Shown here: piece after piece, positions 1 through 21,988 of the stretch
Position numbering within the stretch: position 1 is the stretch's first letter
How the letters are laid out: every line of letters begins with the position of its first letter
Assembly: GCF_009914755.1 (NCBI RefSeq)
Contig: NC_060941.1
Strand: one strand, 5' to 3'
DNA: 64,000 nucleotides
Origin: the human T2T-CHM13v2.0 reference genome, Homo sapiens
Translations under genes and position numbers: made by a program
The notes under the pieces: model-generated
The model's database searches: none
Told to the model about the DNA's origin: nothing
Seen by the model: only the letters and a program-made list of their open reading frames with translations

Positions 1-726
<726 letters not shown>

Positions 727-1202
727 TAGTTGCAGTTCTACAAGAGTTCTCCCTGCAATGTTGTCCCCTGGCCATTTCTTCCCAGAGAGATCAGTGTGTC
801 CCCCTCTGTCCACACTCCTAGAGGGCTCCCTCCCCACAGTGGGCTGTGACCTATGACCTCAAGTCAAAGAGAAAAGCTGATTGCTCTCCAGCATCATGCC
901 CCTTTCCCACATGAGGGCTTCCCCAAACCAAAGGTGCTCTCCTAGCCCTAATGTGTTACAGGAAAAGGGCCAGCCTGGCAGGGCCAGACCAATTGACAAG
1001 GGTAAAAGGATAACAGACACTCTGGCCCGGGCACGTGTCAGCACCCCGGTCAGAACGTTTGGTCTGACAAAGTGCAAGGCAGAAGCCAGGTCAGCTCCAC
1101 CTCCACCTTCACCCTCCATCCCCTCATTTCACATTCTGTCCAGTGGAGCTAAAGTCCGCGGTTGCTGTGGGTGATAAATAAATAATCACAATGAGGAAGT
1201 AC

Positions 1203-1359
1203 CTTTGAAATATACAGCTGACAGATCATATCCTCCCCTGGTTTGATTTCTTTCACTGTCCGGGTGATGAATATACCTTTCCCTTGGCAGCCCGAATCCG
1301 GCTTACAAATGTATGTCTTATTTTTTCTTGACCTGCTGTAGGTCTGCAAATCTCCCCAG
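1203..1359 (-). CDS. TTLL6: TTLL6 coding exon 6 (WGDLQTYSRSRKNKTYICKPDSGCQGKGIFITRTVKEIKPGEDMICQLYISK), 157 nt; gene continues off the left edge
   Basis: Acceptor ctctggtag|C, donor AAG|GTACTT; ATP-grasp KP..GCQG.GI motif of TTLL glutamylases. Confidence 0.96.
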
Positions 1360-2853
1360 CTACCAGAGCAGGGAGGGAACAAGATACATCTTTAGCTGGG
1401 GAGCAATGAAAAGGAAGGCTAGCCCTTTATGAAGAAAAGAAAGAAAAGCTGTCTAATGTGACAAATCCCTGGCACTGACAGATGCCCAGAGGTCCAGCAA
1501 TGGGAGAGAGTAGAGCACACGCAGTGGGGAGTGTGGGCTTCAGAGGGAATTCAGGCCTGGGTTGAAGCCCAAGCAACACCACTTACCAGTGGTGCAACCC
1601 TTTGCAAGGACTTGACCTCTCTAAACCTCAACTTCATCATCTATACAGTGAGGATAATAACGACACCCACCTCCTGTGGTGCCTAGTTGCATGACATAAT
1701 GCAGGCACAGTGCTGCATGTCCCATCAAGGTGACCATGGCACAGGTAGTTTTGTTTTCTGGGTTTGCAGGTAGGAGCTTTGGAGTTCTGGACCTGGCTCA
1801 AGCCCTGACAAGTGATGTGATTTTGGATCCGTCAGTCTCTCACCCCATGCTGGGCTTCAGTGTTTCGTCTGTGACACCTCCATTTCAGCCAGAGTATGGG
1901 AGAGCAAATCATATATTTGAACATATTTTGAGGAAAGTATATTCAGAAGAAAGAAAGAAACTAAATTAATGGATTCGGTCTATCAGTCTCGCTATACTTC
2001 TGTGTTTTAACTCAAAGGAAACTTGTAACCAGGAAGTCACTTAACTGCAATGTTCCTCAGTAACCATGAAATCTGGAGCTCCTGTTGACCTGATGGCAAA
2101 TACATTTCCTTCTAATTTTCTGCTAAGCCCTGAAACTTGTTCCAGACAAGCCAAGGAAAGTCTGAGAACCCTGGTGCTCTTGGTTTTGGAAAGCACTGGG
2201 TGGAGAGGGGAGGGTAGAATTCCTCTGATACCCTTGCCATGTGAGTATAATCTGATGGTGACAGTGTTCTACCCCTCTGCCCTGTCTCAGCCACCAGATT
2301 GCACCCTAGGTCATGGATGTCATCTCACATTTCTCCTGTTCCTCGGTGGTGTGGTCCAGAGTACTTTACACACCAGGAACTGATGTTGTTTTGAAATGGA
2401 TATAAAGAGAGCAGAGAAGGGGAAGTGCTGACTGCTATCCATAGCATTGCATGGGACAGAGGTCAGGCATCCCTCCCTGCTCCTAACCGGGGTGCTAACC
2501 ACTAGCACACTCTCTCCAGAGGTGCTCATGGTCCTTAAAGATTCAGAAACTGCACAGTTACGTGGTTGGAATTAGTTCAAAACCAACAGCTTTCAGGGTC
2601 AGAACAAACTCTCACCCCAACTGCACGTACAGGCTCCAGGGCACCCAGCCCCTAAATGTCATCTAATTTTACAGGCAGAGCCTTGTGTTTTCTCAACCTT
2701 GGACACACCCTTTATCCCTTCTCTTCCTGAAAAGTAGCCAGAGAGATGGGAGTTCATATGGGCAGGGAAAGTGGCAACCAGGGAATCGGGGGCAAGAGGA
2801 AATGTAAATGGGGAGGGGAGTGGAGAAGGAAGTACAGGGCGGGGGGCACTCAC

Positions 2854-2984
2854 TCAGCAGGGAGACACCAGGTCCTAGGGAAAAAGCGGAAATCTTTAGG
2901 GAACATCTTTAACATGCGGCTCATGTTCCTGGCCAGCAAGTCCTTCCGGCAGATTTCACTCATCCCGGGGAAGTGATTGATCTT
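2854..2984 (-). CDS. TTLL6: TTLL6 coding exon 5 (KINHFPGMSEICRKDLLARNMSRMLKMFPKDFRFFPRTWCLPA-D), 131 nt
   Basis: Acceptor ccttccag|AAG, donor GA|GTGAGT; diagnostic TTL-family NHFPG..ICRKD.L and F.P.TW.LP motifs. Confidence 0.96.
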
Positions 2985-3123
2985 CTGGAAGGGAAGCCGG
3001 AATTCATGAGCAATCGAGGGACATGGGAGTACTACAAGATCTCCTCGGGAGACAGGTGTAAAAATGGGGCCCCGCCGGGTAAGATGGCACACTTAAACCA
3101 AGGACCATCACTAGCCCAAATAC

Positions 3124-3242
3124 CTGGTAACTTTTCATTTCCATCACCCGCTCCAGTGACACTGAGTAATCTGTCCAATAGAGAGTCCAGTCATCGTCTT
3201 CCCCTCCCTCTCTAAAGCCGTACTGTTGGGCAGCCCTGCGCA
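3124..3242 (-). CDS. TTLL6: TTLL6 coding exon 4 (VRRAAQQYGFREGGEDDDWTLYWTDYSVSLERVMEMKSYQ), 119 nt
   Basis: Acceptor ttcaatag|TG, donor CAG|GTATTT; WxLYWxD motif of the TTLL family; ORF-track 3004..3243. Confidence 0.95.
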
Positions 3243-3646
3243 CTATTGAAGAAAGAAAGGCCTATTAGCCCAGGAAGTGGGGGAGGAGTATGGGGTGGGG
3301 AGATTCCATTACTAGGTGCTCCCAGACCAAGTACTGAAGCAAAAAATCTCGGCTCCTCGAGACTGGAAGCCATCTTGCCCTCTCTGGATGCAAGAATGGA
3401 GAGTCAAACACTGTCACTGCATCACTTGAGCCCAGGAGTTCAAGACCAGCCTGGCCAACATGGCAAAACCCCACCTCTACTAAAAATACAAAAAATTATC
3501 TGGGTGTGGTGGGGTGCGCCTGTAATCCCAGCTACTCAAGAGGCTGAGGGGGAGAATAACCTGAGCCCTGGAAGTCGAGGCTGCAGTGAGCCGTGATCAT
3601 GCCACTGCACTTGAGCCTGGGCAACAGGAGACCCTGTCAAAAAAAA

Positions 3647-3678
3647 AAGAAAGAAAGAAAAGAAAAGAAAGAAAGAAA

Positions 3679-3746
<68 letters not shown>

Positions 3747-3747
3747 A
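3647..3747 (+). repeat. (GAAA)n tetranucleotide repeat derived from the tail of a 5'-truncated AluJ (3420-3650)
   Basis: Read directly. Confidence 0.95.
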
Positions 3748-4170
3748 AATAAAGGAACATGGAGAGTTGAAAACTACTGAAGAATCCAGCCTGTGCTCAA
3801 TGATCCCCGTAGAAGGTTATCTGAGGTGAATGATTTCCCTGTTCTGGCTTCCCTTTGCCAGAAAGCAAGCTTCTGGCTTTCCTCCAAACACCAAGCTCTG
3901 AATGTTCAGGGAATATAAACTAATCCTTAACATTAGCCAGAGCCAAGCTTAATTAGTATATGGTATATTAAGCATGCATTTTTTTAAGTACACACTGGAT
4001 TTCAAAACCACATTTGTGATGTCATATCCTTCTTTCTGTTCCTGTCAGGATTAATAAGTAGGAGCTGACTCCAACACAAACTCAAATGCCTTCAAGGGCC
4101 TAGAATGGGAGAAGTGCCTGCAGTAACCGGGACAGGACAAGACTACCCTAAAGCATTCAATTCTAATTTA

Positions 4171-5227
<1,057 letters not shown>

Positions 5228-5485
5228 TTACAAGTAGATCCCCAAATCACTATATATAAGAATTACAGATAGTTGAAGTACACACCATTGTGGTGAAAAC
5301 CCATGACTCTTGGAATAGGATTCCCAACCTCTTTAATTAAATAGTTCATTGAGCTAGGAGAACTGAAGGACAGGATTTGAAGATACGCCCTTTCATCCTC
5401 ACAAATATACAAGAGTGACTCTTCCCAACCCTTTGGGAGAATCCAGTGGGTCCCCATTATAGATCTCCTGAATGTAGATGCTCAC

Positions 5486-5526
5486 CACTCTCATACCGGC
5501 AGCTGGATAGATTGATCACCAATCAT
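5486..5526 (-). CDS. TTLL6: TTLL6 coding exon 3 (R-*-LVINLSSCRYES-V), 41 nt, containing an in-frame TGA at 5525-5523
   Basis: Acceptor ttttctcttttccag|A at 5527, donor GTG|GTGAGC at 5485; LVINLSSCRYESV is the TTLL6-type start of the TTL domain; phases match exons 2 and 4. Confidence 0.88.
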
Positions 5527-6365
5527 CTGGAAAAGAGAAAAAGGAAAGCAGCAAGACAGAGACACACTTGCCAGAACAAGTGACTGTATCCAGAAACATC
5601 CTGTCCCAGGTGGAGCTGTCTGAAATCTAGCCTGCCATGCTAAGCCTGGTTTGACCGTCCCTGTTGCTGAGGACACGAGTCCAAGGGGGTACAGCATGGT
5701 GGAAAACATGGCATCAGGGTACTATTACTCTACCCAGAAGGTAGAAATTCTGTATTGCAATTACAGCTGATCTTGCTTGCAGCTTCTCACTAACATCATT
5801 GCCTCAAGCCTTTTACTCCACTGGCTCATCAGGGACAGGAATTGAAAATATTTTTGGCCAAAATACTTGTCTCCTTCCTCTTCCCCCCATTAAGGGAAGC
5901 TATGAATAAGAAAGTGGACAAGCTTTCCTTCATCAATCAGTCTGAATGGAGCAAGGCATGGTGAAATATTAAACAAGAACCGGAATGCACAAGCTGCAGT
6001 TGGATCCTGATAAGTCAGTATGGTGCTATCATACTGAAGGCGTACTAAATTTCCAGGACAAATCAGCGCCTTCTTAAAACAAGGAAATCTTCTTTTCCTG
6101 CTATTTTTTAAAGGCATCCTAAACACAAATAGAATGAAAATTAGGACAAGGCATGGTTTTTTAGATTACACACACAATCATTTGATTCTATAAAACAGAT
6201 CATCGAAGTAGATTCTTTTTATATGAACCAAAAGTGGTGAGATGTTGACAGTCTCAGCACACAGTTTCTCCTTTACTCTCTCATCATCAGCCAAGACCCC
6301 CTTCCCTCCAAGTCCTTCCTGTTATTACCAACATGGCTCCCCATTCCCCAGCTTTCAATCCTAAC

Positions 6366-6585
6366 CTCTTTTTCTTCCTCTTCTTCTTGCCTTGCTGCTG
6401 GGCATTCTGAAGTCCGTTTTGTGCCCCTGGGTTCTCTCTCACAAAAGCCAGCGCGACGGTTTCTTTTGGATCTTCTTTGGAACTGTCCCCCTTCTCTTCG
6501 GAGTTTTCCCCTTCCTGGCTTTCCAAAGTCGGGCACTGTGGCATCTCCCTGGCCTGGGAGGAGGCTCTGGGGAAATACCAGGCCC
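6366..6585 (-). CDS. TTLL6: TTLL6 coding exon 2 (AWYFPRASSQAREMPQCPTLES...QGKKKRKKK-R), 220 nt
   Basis: Acceptor ctctctctag|G at 6586, donor AG|GTTAGG at 6365; ORF-track 6287..6544 matches; ends in the basic KKKRKKKR stretch preceding the TTL domain. Confidence 0.93.
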
Positions 6586-7285
6586 CTAGAGAGAGGGCAG
6601 AGGGAGCCGCAGTTACAGAGATCCACCTGCAGGGGGACCCCCTCCCTCGCTCATGTGGGTAGAGACCCAGGGTTCTAATTCAACGCAACAGGTTGCAGTT
6701 TATAAAATGCCACCCGGCCTCCGCGGTTTGATGCAAGCTCAGGGAGGGAGCTGATTCCACCTTTTGCCATTGGCTGTGACCTTGGAGACTCACTCAGCCA
6801 ACGCTAGCCTTGGTTTTTCCCTCCTGGGATTTTCAGGAGAAGCCTGAGATGCTGTGCATGGCACCACCTGGTAAACAATCTTATTAAAGTGAGTGAGTGT
6901 CTGGAGACAGCGAAGCCCCAAGCCTTCCTAGCTGAGAGAGTTAGTCCTAGAGGGTGCAGGTGGAGGTGCTTTGAGGAGGTCTGTTAACTGTTTCAGCACT
7001 GCACTGAACCTCCACACAGCAATATGCTGGCCTGAAAATAAATGCAACTGCCGCTCGTGGAGTACAAGACTAATGTGTAGCTGATTGAACAATAAGATTC
7101 AAGCCCAGGGCCAGATGCAGACCTTCAGAGACACCAACCACAGAGAAGGCTGTGTCTCTCCCACCATCCATTCCAAAATAAAAACAAGATCAAATTATAA
7201 AATACATGTAAGGAAGTCCAGTAAAGATCTCATCCTCCCTGGCCCCATGAGATTTCGTTCATGTTTACTCAAAATGTCAAATATC

Positions 7286-7880
<595 letters not shown>

Positions 7881-8342
7881 AAATGTCAAATATCAACTAT
7901 TTTTAATGGATGTGAATGCCCCTGCTTCACTCCTCCTTAAGAACATGCTTAGTTTGCCTTTGGGTAACCCAGAACTGCCAGGCCCAATTAATGGATTCAT
8001 ATTCCCTCACATCCAAGGCACCTATGACCACAGAGCCAATTTTCTGGTGCTTTCCCTTCCTCTCTTCACCTCCGAAAATCCTGCAAACCTCCTCACATTT
8101 CAACCCCTCTCCTCCGATGTCCACAGTCCCCTTGCTACTTATTACCTGTTCCTCCCTCACAAATTCTTTGGATTTAAAAAAAGATAATAATACATTACAA
8201 TGTATTATCATTGAAAGAATATAACATTAAAGGAGGCTTAGAAAATGAGGTAGGATGAGAAATCACCTGTAGCTTTCCTACTCTATCATAGTCACTTTAA
8301 ACTGTCTATGAATTCACTTTTATTCTTAATTTCTAAGCATAA

Positions 8343-9728
<1,386 letters not shown>

Positions 9729-9935
9729 ATTTCTAGTTTTTAATGGCTGTATGTATTCCATTGAAAGAATGCATCTGAGTGTATGTAACCAATCATTGTC
9801 CTATTGTTGGAAATGTAAGCTGCTGCCAATTTTAATATTATACAAATAGCTCTAAAATGCATTATCGCAGGTGAAGAAGGCCTTTTACTTACTTGGGGTT
9901 ATTTTCTTAATATCCTGATATTACAGGGCTAATGA

Positions 9936-10606
<671 letters not shown>

Positions 10607-11173
10607 TAATATAATTATAAGCTTTTATGTGGGGATAGTTCTCTGGGCTTTTCAAAGAATTTTCATATTCATGCTCCCATTGAATGCTTACAATGAGAGG
10701 GATGGCAGAATTGTTACGTCAGCCAAGGATTGCCACTTGTTTTTTCTCTTTCTGAAGAGGGCTGCCACTTATAGGCAAGACCCTTTATGGTGACACCAGA
10801 GCAGGGGGAGGAAGAGATGTGCTCAGGACAGATAAAACCTGGGTCTTGTGAGTCAATTGTTCCCAGTGAACAGGCACATTCTTGGCAAAGTTCAGGGGAA
10901 CTAAGGTACTTGAAATCTTGACCTTGGACTACTTCCTTCCTTGAAGGTAAACGGCTAGCTCCACTCCCCTAGCCCTCCGCAACGGCTCCTATGTACCAAG
11001 CCCTCAAGGAGGAGTGGCTCTGTTTACCTAAAGGTTAATGTTAACTTGGGGAGAGAAAACTGACCCTGAGTTTGACCTCTAGAAGTGCGGGTTCTCTTTG
11101 CTCATTTTTGAGTCCTTGCCTGAGTGGTAAGAACAAGTCATGGCTCCTTCTATGTGTCTGCCTCAAAGAGTAA

Positions 11174-13592
<2,419 letters not shown>

Positions 13593-13949
13593 TAAGAATT
13601 AAATCTGACCCAGGTGATGCTGGGACCCCCCCCCCCCCGACCCCCCGCTCAGACTTTTCAGATGTGGACTTTATTTGGTTCTACAAGACTTCTCTTAACA
13701 GTCTTAGCAACCACTCCCTGCTCACCTGGTAGTTCCCACCTATTGTCTTGCGTAACAATTTTGTTGGTGCCAACACCAAAAGCAGTCTTGTAGCCTTGAG
13801 GAATAAAAGGAGGAAAGGCAAAAGACATGGCCTAAGGAGAATACAAAGGAGTGAGGGGAGCTGCTGGTGGCATCCTGAAATATACATACATCATGGTGTA
13901 AGGGCCTCTGCTGTCAGCTACAGGTGACTAAGCCACTTATTAAGAGGCA

Positions 13950-14720
13950 GCTGCAGTGTAGTAGCTAAGAACTCAGATTTCGAAGTCTCTGTCTGGATTT
14001 AAATCCCAGCTCTGCCACTTCCTAGTTGTCTGAACTCAGGCAGTTTATTTAACCTCCTGCCTTAGTTTCCTCATCTGTAAAGTGGCTTCTCCCAGTTATG
14101 GAGATTAAATGAGTTTACTCATTTGACTTAATGCAACACAAAGTTCTTAGAACAGTGCCTGGCACATAGAAGGTACCCACAAAGTGCTCTCTACCATTAC
14201 CAGCTGTGTAACCCTGGACTGTGAACTTCCTGATGGAAGAGGCTGTGTCTCTGCATTCTCAGCTCCTAGCAGTGTCTAGAAAAGATACTAAAAATGAGAT
14301 GTTCATATGCTCCTTGAATTAATGGGCTGGAAGAATGAATAAATGCATGAACTAATTAAGCTTCTCCAAGGTTCATTTTCCTTAGCTATATAACAGAAGT
14401 GTTGTTGTGAGCATTAGGTAAGTAACATTTGTTATTTACATTGTTAAAACATCAACCTTGGGTCCTTCTCATATAGCTGGCACTTAAAATGCTTGTTTCA
14501 TTCACTTACAATAGACTATTGAAAACCCACTTACCAAGTAGCAGACATTACACTAAAGCATTTATAAACATAATGTCTCATCCTCATAATAACCTATCAT
14601 GGATACTCTTTCCTCTATTACAGATGAGAAGACTGAGACAGAGAGACTAAGGTAAGAGGCACAGCTGGGGTTGGAAGACATGTCCATCTGACCCCACAGC
14701 CTGTCTCTCCATGCTCCCCT
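13950..14720. mobile_element. MIR/L2 fragments
   Basis: MIR core AAATCCCAGCTCTGCCACTT..AGTTTCCTCATCTGTAAA..AGAACAGTGCCTGGCACATAG, plus an antisense TTACAGATGAGAAGACTGAG. Confidence 0.7.
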
Positions 14721-14837
14721 CACTGCCTTTTCCTCTCGGCAGGCCATCCATAAATAGTGTGACCATAAACTAAAGTAACTGATCTCCTAACTCCCAAAAG
14801 CAATCTTAGTGACTTTAGTCCCTTAAGAGTCAGTTGG

Positions 14838-16641
<1,804 letters not shown>

Positions 16642-17499
16642 AGTTTAGTGATTTCTTTTGCAAAACTGAATGAACACGGGCATCCTATAAATGATAGAAA
16701 ACAATAATTTGGTGGTTGACTAAGAGAACCCTGGGAGAACATATTTCAAGTTGTAGCCAAGTTTTTTCATCTCTGACCTTCATCACCTGGACTTTTTTTC
16801 TAGTCTATAGGAATATATAGAGCACTGAAAGTTTCGCCTATTGTGTCTGTCTGTGAAGTCCCTCTCTTTCACCAGATAATAGGTTTTCCTTCACGTACCT
16901 CCTTTTCATCTTTTGGTCCTCATTTCCCTACTGGAAGCATCCCTCTGAAGGCCTCCAGTGGTTCTTGGAAAATGTCAAATTGGATGGGGGAAGAAAAGAT
17001 GTGGAGGTAAGACCTCTGGATCTTGCTTTCAGCTTTGCCCCTCCAACTCAGTATGTCATAAAAATCCAAGCAATTATTTCCTCTCCCACTCCCTATCTTC
17101 TCTATAATTACAGGACCACTAGGAGGATAAAAGCTTCACATCTAGAAAAGTGCTTTGAGCTTTGATTCAGACAGGATAAAATAAGATGTTTTTTGTGGTC
17201 TTTTGACTTTTCGTTTTAGTCACACTTTGAATTTCAGCCCGGGGCCTGAAAGGGTCCTAAGCAAAATGTGAACTAACAAGGGAGGGATGGGGCACCCAAT
17301 TGCTCAAGGGCTTTGCCAATAAGAAGTGTTGAGAATGACAAGTCACCTGTAGTGGGAACAATAAGAATCTTGCTGACTTAGATGCCATCTTTTATTCTTC
17401 TAGAAACTGAGAAATTCTGCAAGATTGGAAGATGCAATATTCAGATCAGGCTCATGCCTAGTCATTTTCTCCACAATATTCAGGGCATTGCTAACAAAG

Positions 17500-17940
<441 letters not shown>

Positions 17941-18299
17941 TCAAAACGTTAGCTCCCTTCCCACTTCATCCCCCAATGTGATATTTTTCCTAGAGTTCAA
18001 ATCCCAAAGGAGAACTTTCTGCAAAGCCAGAAGAGTATTTTTTCAGGAGGGGTGAGAAATAACAACTGGAAATGAAAGAACACCAGGCTGGAAGGCGGTA
18101 GGGGCATCAGCAGAGGACTATGCCGGCCATGAAAAATGGGAAGTGTCTTGCTGGAAGGTTTCTCCAGACAAAGGAAGAACAGTGATGAAGAAAATGACCC
18201 AATGATGGGGATGAAGGGGATGAAGAGAGTTGTGTGAGTCCCAGGGATCGCTGGTGTCTAAGCGACAGCTCCTTGGTGGACTGTGGTTTAGGAAATCGG

Positions 18300-19060
18300 G
18301 GGAGGGCGGGAAATGAACGTTAATAAGAGGGACTGAGAAGGGGGGAGCCCCGGAGCCGAGGGACCGTGAGGGTGAGTGCCTGGCGCCATGGAACGCCACC
18401 AGGGAGGGCAGCGGGCTACCCTGGGGACCTGGGTCCCGTGTGGGTTTAAGGAGACGTGTCTAGCCAGGTTTTCAGGGGACAGGCACCAGGAGGCTGCGGT
18501 CTGGAGCCAGCACCGGGCTTTGGGGCGCTCTTACCCGCAATTCCTACTCCCCCGTCTCGCCCCGCTGGGCTGCTAGTCCAGCTTGCAACCACACCTGCCG
18601 GCCCCCTCCTCGAAGGATGAAGGAGTAACGCTCCCATTGGCTGCCAGACAGCCCCAACCCCAACCCGCGCTCGCCCTAACTTTGGGTCCGCCCGGCCCTC
18701 ATATTTGCATACGGGGCCTTCTAGGCCTTCGATTGGCCCCTGCAGTAGCTGCCATGCCCCCTCCCTCCCGAATCCAATTAACCGCCCAGGCGCTAGGGGT
18801 GGGGCGCGCCCACGGTTGTCCCGGGAGACGCGGAGGACGCGCGCACCGCGCACCCGGGCGCCAGGGGCTGGACCGCCGCTCGCTCCCGCAGCCCTACCCT
18901 TGCCCAGCGAGCCAAGCCGCAGTCCCAGCCCATCCGCGCCGGTGCCGTCGGGCGCCGTGCGCGGGCGCGGCCAGAACGTCTGGCTCCAGAGGTCCAGCTG
19001 CGCGGGGCTGCGGTGAGGGAGGGGGGCACCTTGAATTTAGGCCTTCGGGAGAGGGCAAAC
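18300..19060. promoter_or_regulatory. CpG island / TTLL6 promoter with octamer ATTTGCAT (18703-18710), CCAAT boxes, GC boxes and an X-box-like site (18815-18829)
   Basis: High GC and unsuppressed CpG around the TTLL6 start codon; motifs read directly from the sequence. Confidence 0.85.
18535..18637 (-). CDS. TTLL6: TTLL6 coding exon 1 (MGALLLHPSRRGPAGVVASWTSSPAGRDGGVGIA-G), 103 nt
   Basis: ATG at 18637-18635 inside the CpG island; donor GCGG|GTAAGA at 18534; phase 1 joins exon 2 in frame (G+GG=Gly); matches the recalled TTLL6 N-terminus. Confidence 0.9.
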
Positions 19061-20796
19061 CTGAAGCAGGAGGCACTGTGGGAAAACACTGGTTGGAGAC
19101 TTAAATCAGCATCTCAGGCATATTAGTGCCTGTGTCACCTTGGGCAGGCCACGTTACCTCTGTGAGGCTTAGCTTCTTCAACAGGAAAATGGGTGTTGCA
19201 AACCTGTGATGACCGCTCAGGCGTATTGAACCCTGACCTCACCTCCAGAGTGTGGGGGTCATGGCCTCCAGTGAACTGATCAGTAAGAGAGGGCCGCCTA
19301 GACCGACTGAAGAGTCAGTGAGACTTAAGGGGTTAGGGGTCTGGGCTTCTCAGAGCAACCATTTGGTCTCAGGTGGAGAATCTGTAGTAGTGACTGGATT
19401 CAAATCATTGAAGATGGTCGGGCGCGGTGGCTCACGCCTGTAATCCCAGCACTTTGGGAGGCCTAGGTGGGTGGATCGCTTGAGCTCAGAAGTTCAACAC
19501 CAGCTGGACAACATGGCGAAACCTCCTCTCTACTAAAAATACAAAAATTAACCGAGCGCGGTGCGCGTACCTGTGGTCCCAGCTATCGGGAGGCTGAGGC
19601 GGGAGGATCGCTTGAACACAGGAGGCAGAGGTTGCATTAAGCTGAGATCGCGCCACTGCACTCCAGCCTGGGCAACAGAGGGAAACTCTGTCTCAAATAA
19701 ATAAATAAACATTGTTCATTTGGGCCTGAGTTGGTAACCTAAGTTCCTCCCAACCCAGATCCCCTTCACCTGCTGATGTGCACAGGCAGAACACCAGAGG
19801 CAAGGGTGTAGCTTAGCCTCAAGCCGACCCTGGAAGCCTACTACGTGGTGCTTACAGTCACCCCGGAGTGAACAGAAGGCCCAAAGTGGAACCAGTGGCC
19901 CATCTGCTGCTCTTTCAGAAACCTCTCTGCCATCCAGTCAGCACTCTTCCCTTTTCCCCCCGCAGGTGGCCCCGTGCTGTGGTGCCCCTCCCCGACAGGC
20001 CCTAAGGGGCCAAGTGACCATCATTAACTGGTCACCCAGCAGATGCTTCCCTAAGACCAACTGTCCCAGCCTGGTCCCCTCCCCCATCCCACTGTTGTCT
20101 TTCCCCAGCGTCCTACCAATCTGCTCTGCCTAGCTCCTGTTTGGTCTCCGGTCCCTCAGGAGTGATATTGTGATGGAAATGAGGGAGAGGATACAGGAGA
20201 GAGCAGCAAAGATTTACGGCTTTCAGAGAGTTTCCACTAAAATCCCTGACAACTGGTTATTTATGAGATGTTGCAACGGGAGCTTATAGGCCAGAGCCTG
20301 GCACTACTGTCCTTTCAGGGCTGATGTCAGGAGCAAACACAGGGTGAACACGGTGAACAGTGGAGCTGCCCTCACTGTAGAGCAAAGCAAGCTTCAACCC
20401 GAGTGACAGCCAGGAAAGCAGAGAATATCAGTGATTTGTGCCTGGCAAACCCTAAACAGACAAATCCACAAGGTAAACACTGAGGGACTTACTCGGCCTG
20501 GGCATGAAAAACTGAAGCAGAATGATGGAGGGTCCTAATTGTCAAAAAATTTGGACCATGTCCTAGAAGCTGTCAGAGGCAAGAGTGTGTGGAAAAATCC
20601 AGGTCCAACCCTGTTGTTTTCACTGCTGTTTTGTTCCTAAGGCACCCACCTGACTAAATAGATAAATAGTAAAACAACAGTAAAATCCCCGTAAGGTTGT
20701 TTGCTCTGCACTTCACACACAGCGTTTTTTCTCAGTTTGGAGTTCTTCCTTTAAGTAGTTAATGAAACAAACAGAGATCCTGCTTCTGCTCCCTGA

Positions 20797-21071
<275 letters not shown>

Positions 21072-21787
21072 TGATCCGCCCACCTCGGCATCCCAAAGTG
21101 GTGGGATTACAGGCGTGATCCACTGCACCCGGCCAAAATAATTTTATTTTGTTTTTTTCGAGATGGAGTCTTGCTCTGTCGTCCAGGCTGGAGTACAGTG
21201 GCACGGTCATGACTCATTGAAGCCTCAAACTCCTGGGCTCAAGCAACGCTCCTGAGTAGCTAGGATTACAGGCTCCTACCACCATGCCTGACTAATTTTT
21301 TAAAAAAACAATTTTGTAGAGACGGGATCTTGTTTTGTTGCCTCTCAAAATGTTGGGATCACAGGTGTTAGCCACCGTGCCCAGCCAAAATAAAGTCTTG
21401 ATATGTGTACCAGGAATGATGTAAGGAGTGGGAATGAGGCAAGGATGCTTAGATAAAATTTTGCATACCCCAGATTTTTTTTGCTTTAAGTCTGCAATGC
21501 ATGAGAGAATGTTGTAGAAGTGTATATAATCACAGAATTGGGCTTCTTTTAAATCAGAAGAGTTCTTAGAGACCTCCATGGCATTTGTCCTGTTTTCAGA
21601 TGAGGAAACTGAGGCCCAGGAAAGTGGGATGGCTTTGCTCAAGGCTTGCAGTGGGGTCATAGAGTCCATTACCCCTTCCTCCACATGCTCTGATATTAGT
21701 GAAATAGAAATAGCAATAGAAACTGCTGCCAAGCACCTCTTCTGAATCCTCTCCATTTTGATGTGTAACTGTATCTGATGGGGCTGA

Positions 21788-21988
<201 letters not shown>

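Noticed and set aside
5523-5525. TTLL6 in-frame TGA as selenocysteine or programmed readthrough
   Set aside because: The codon is extra relative to the recalled protein rather than replacing a Cys, the context is UGA-UUG rather than UGA-CUAG, and no SECIS can be assessed because the 3' UTR is outside the window; a simple insertion allele is more parsimonious
6586-6627. Upstream alternative acceptor for TTLL6 exon 2 (ccctgcag|GTGG at 6627)
   Set aside because: Adds 41 nt, breaks the exon 1 frame and does not bypass the exon 3 stop; no supporting evidence
13626-13646. C13 homopolymer / G-quadruplex candidate on the minus strand
   Set aside because: Isolated intronic homopolymer with no supporting context
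18446-19104. Long overlapping ORFs across the TTLL6 CpG island, including a 72-codon upstream extension of exon 1
   Set aside because: Non-ATG starts and stop-codon scarcity in GC-rich DNA; no recognisable protein features
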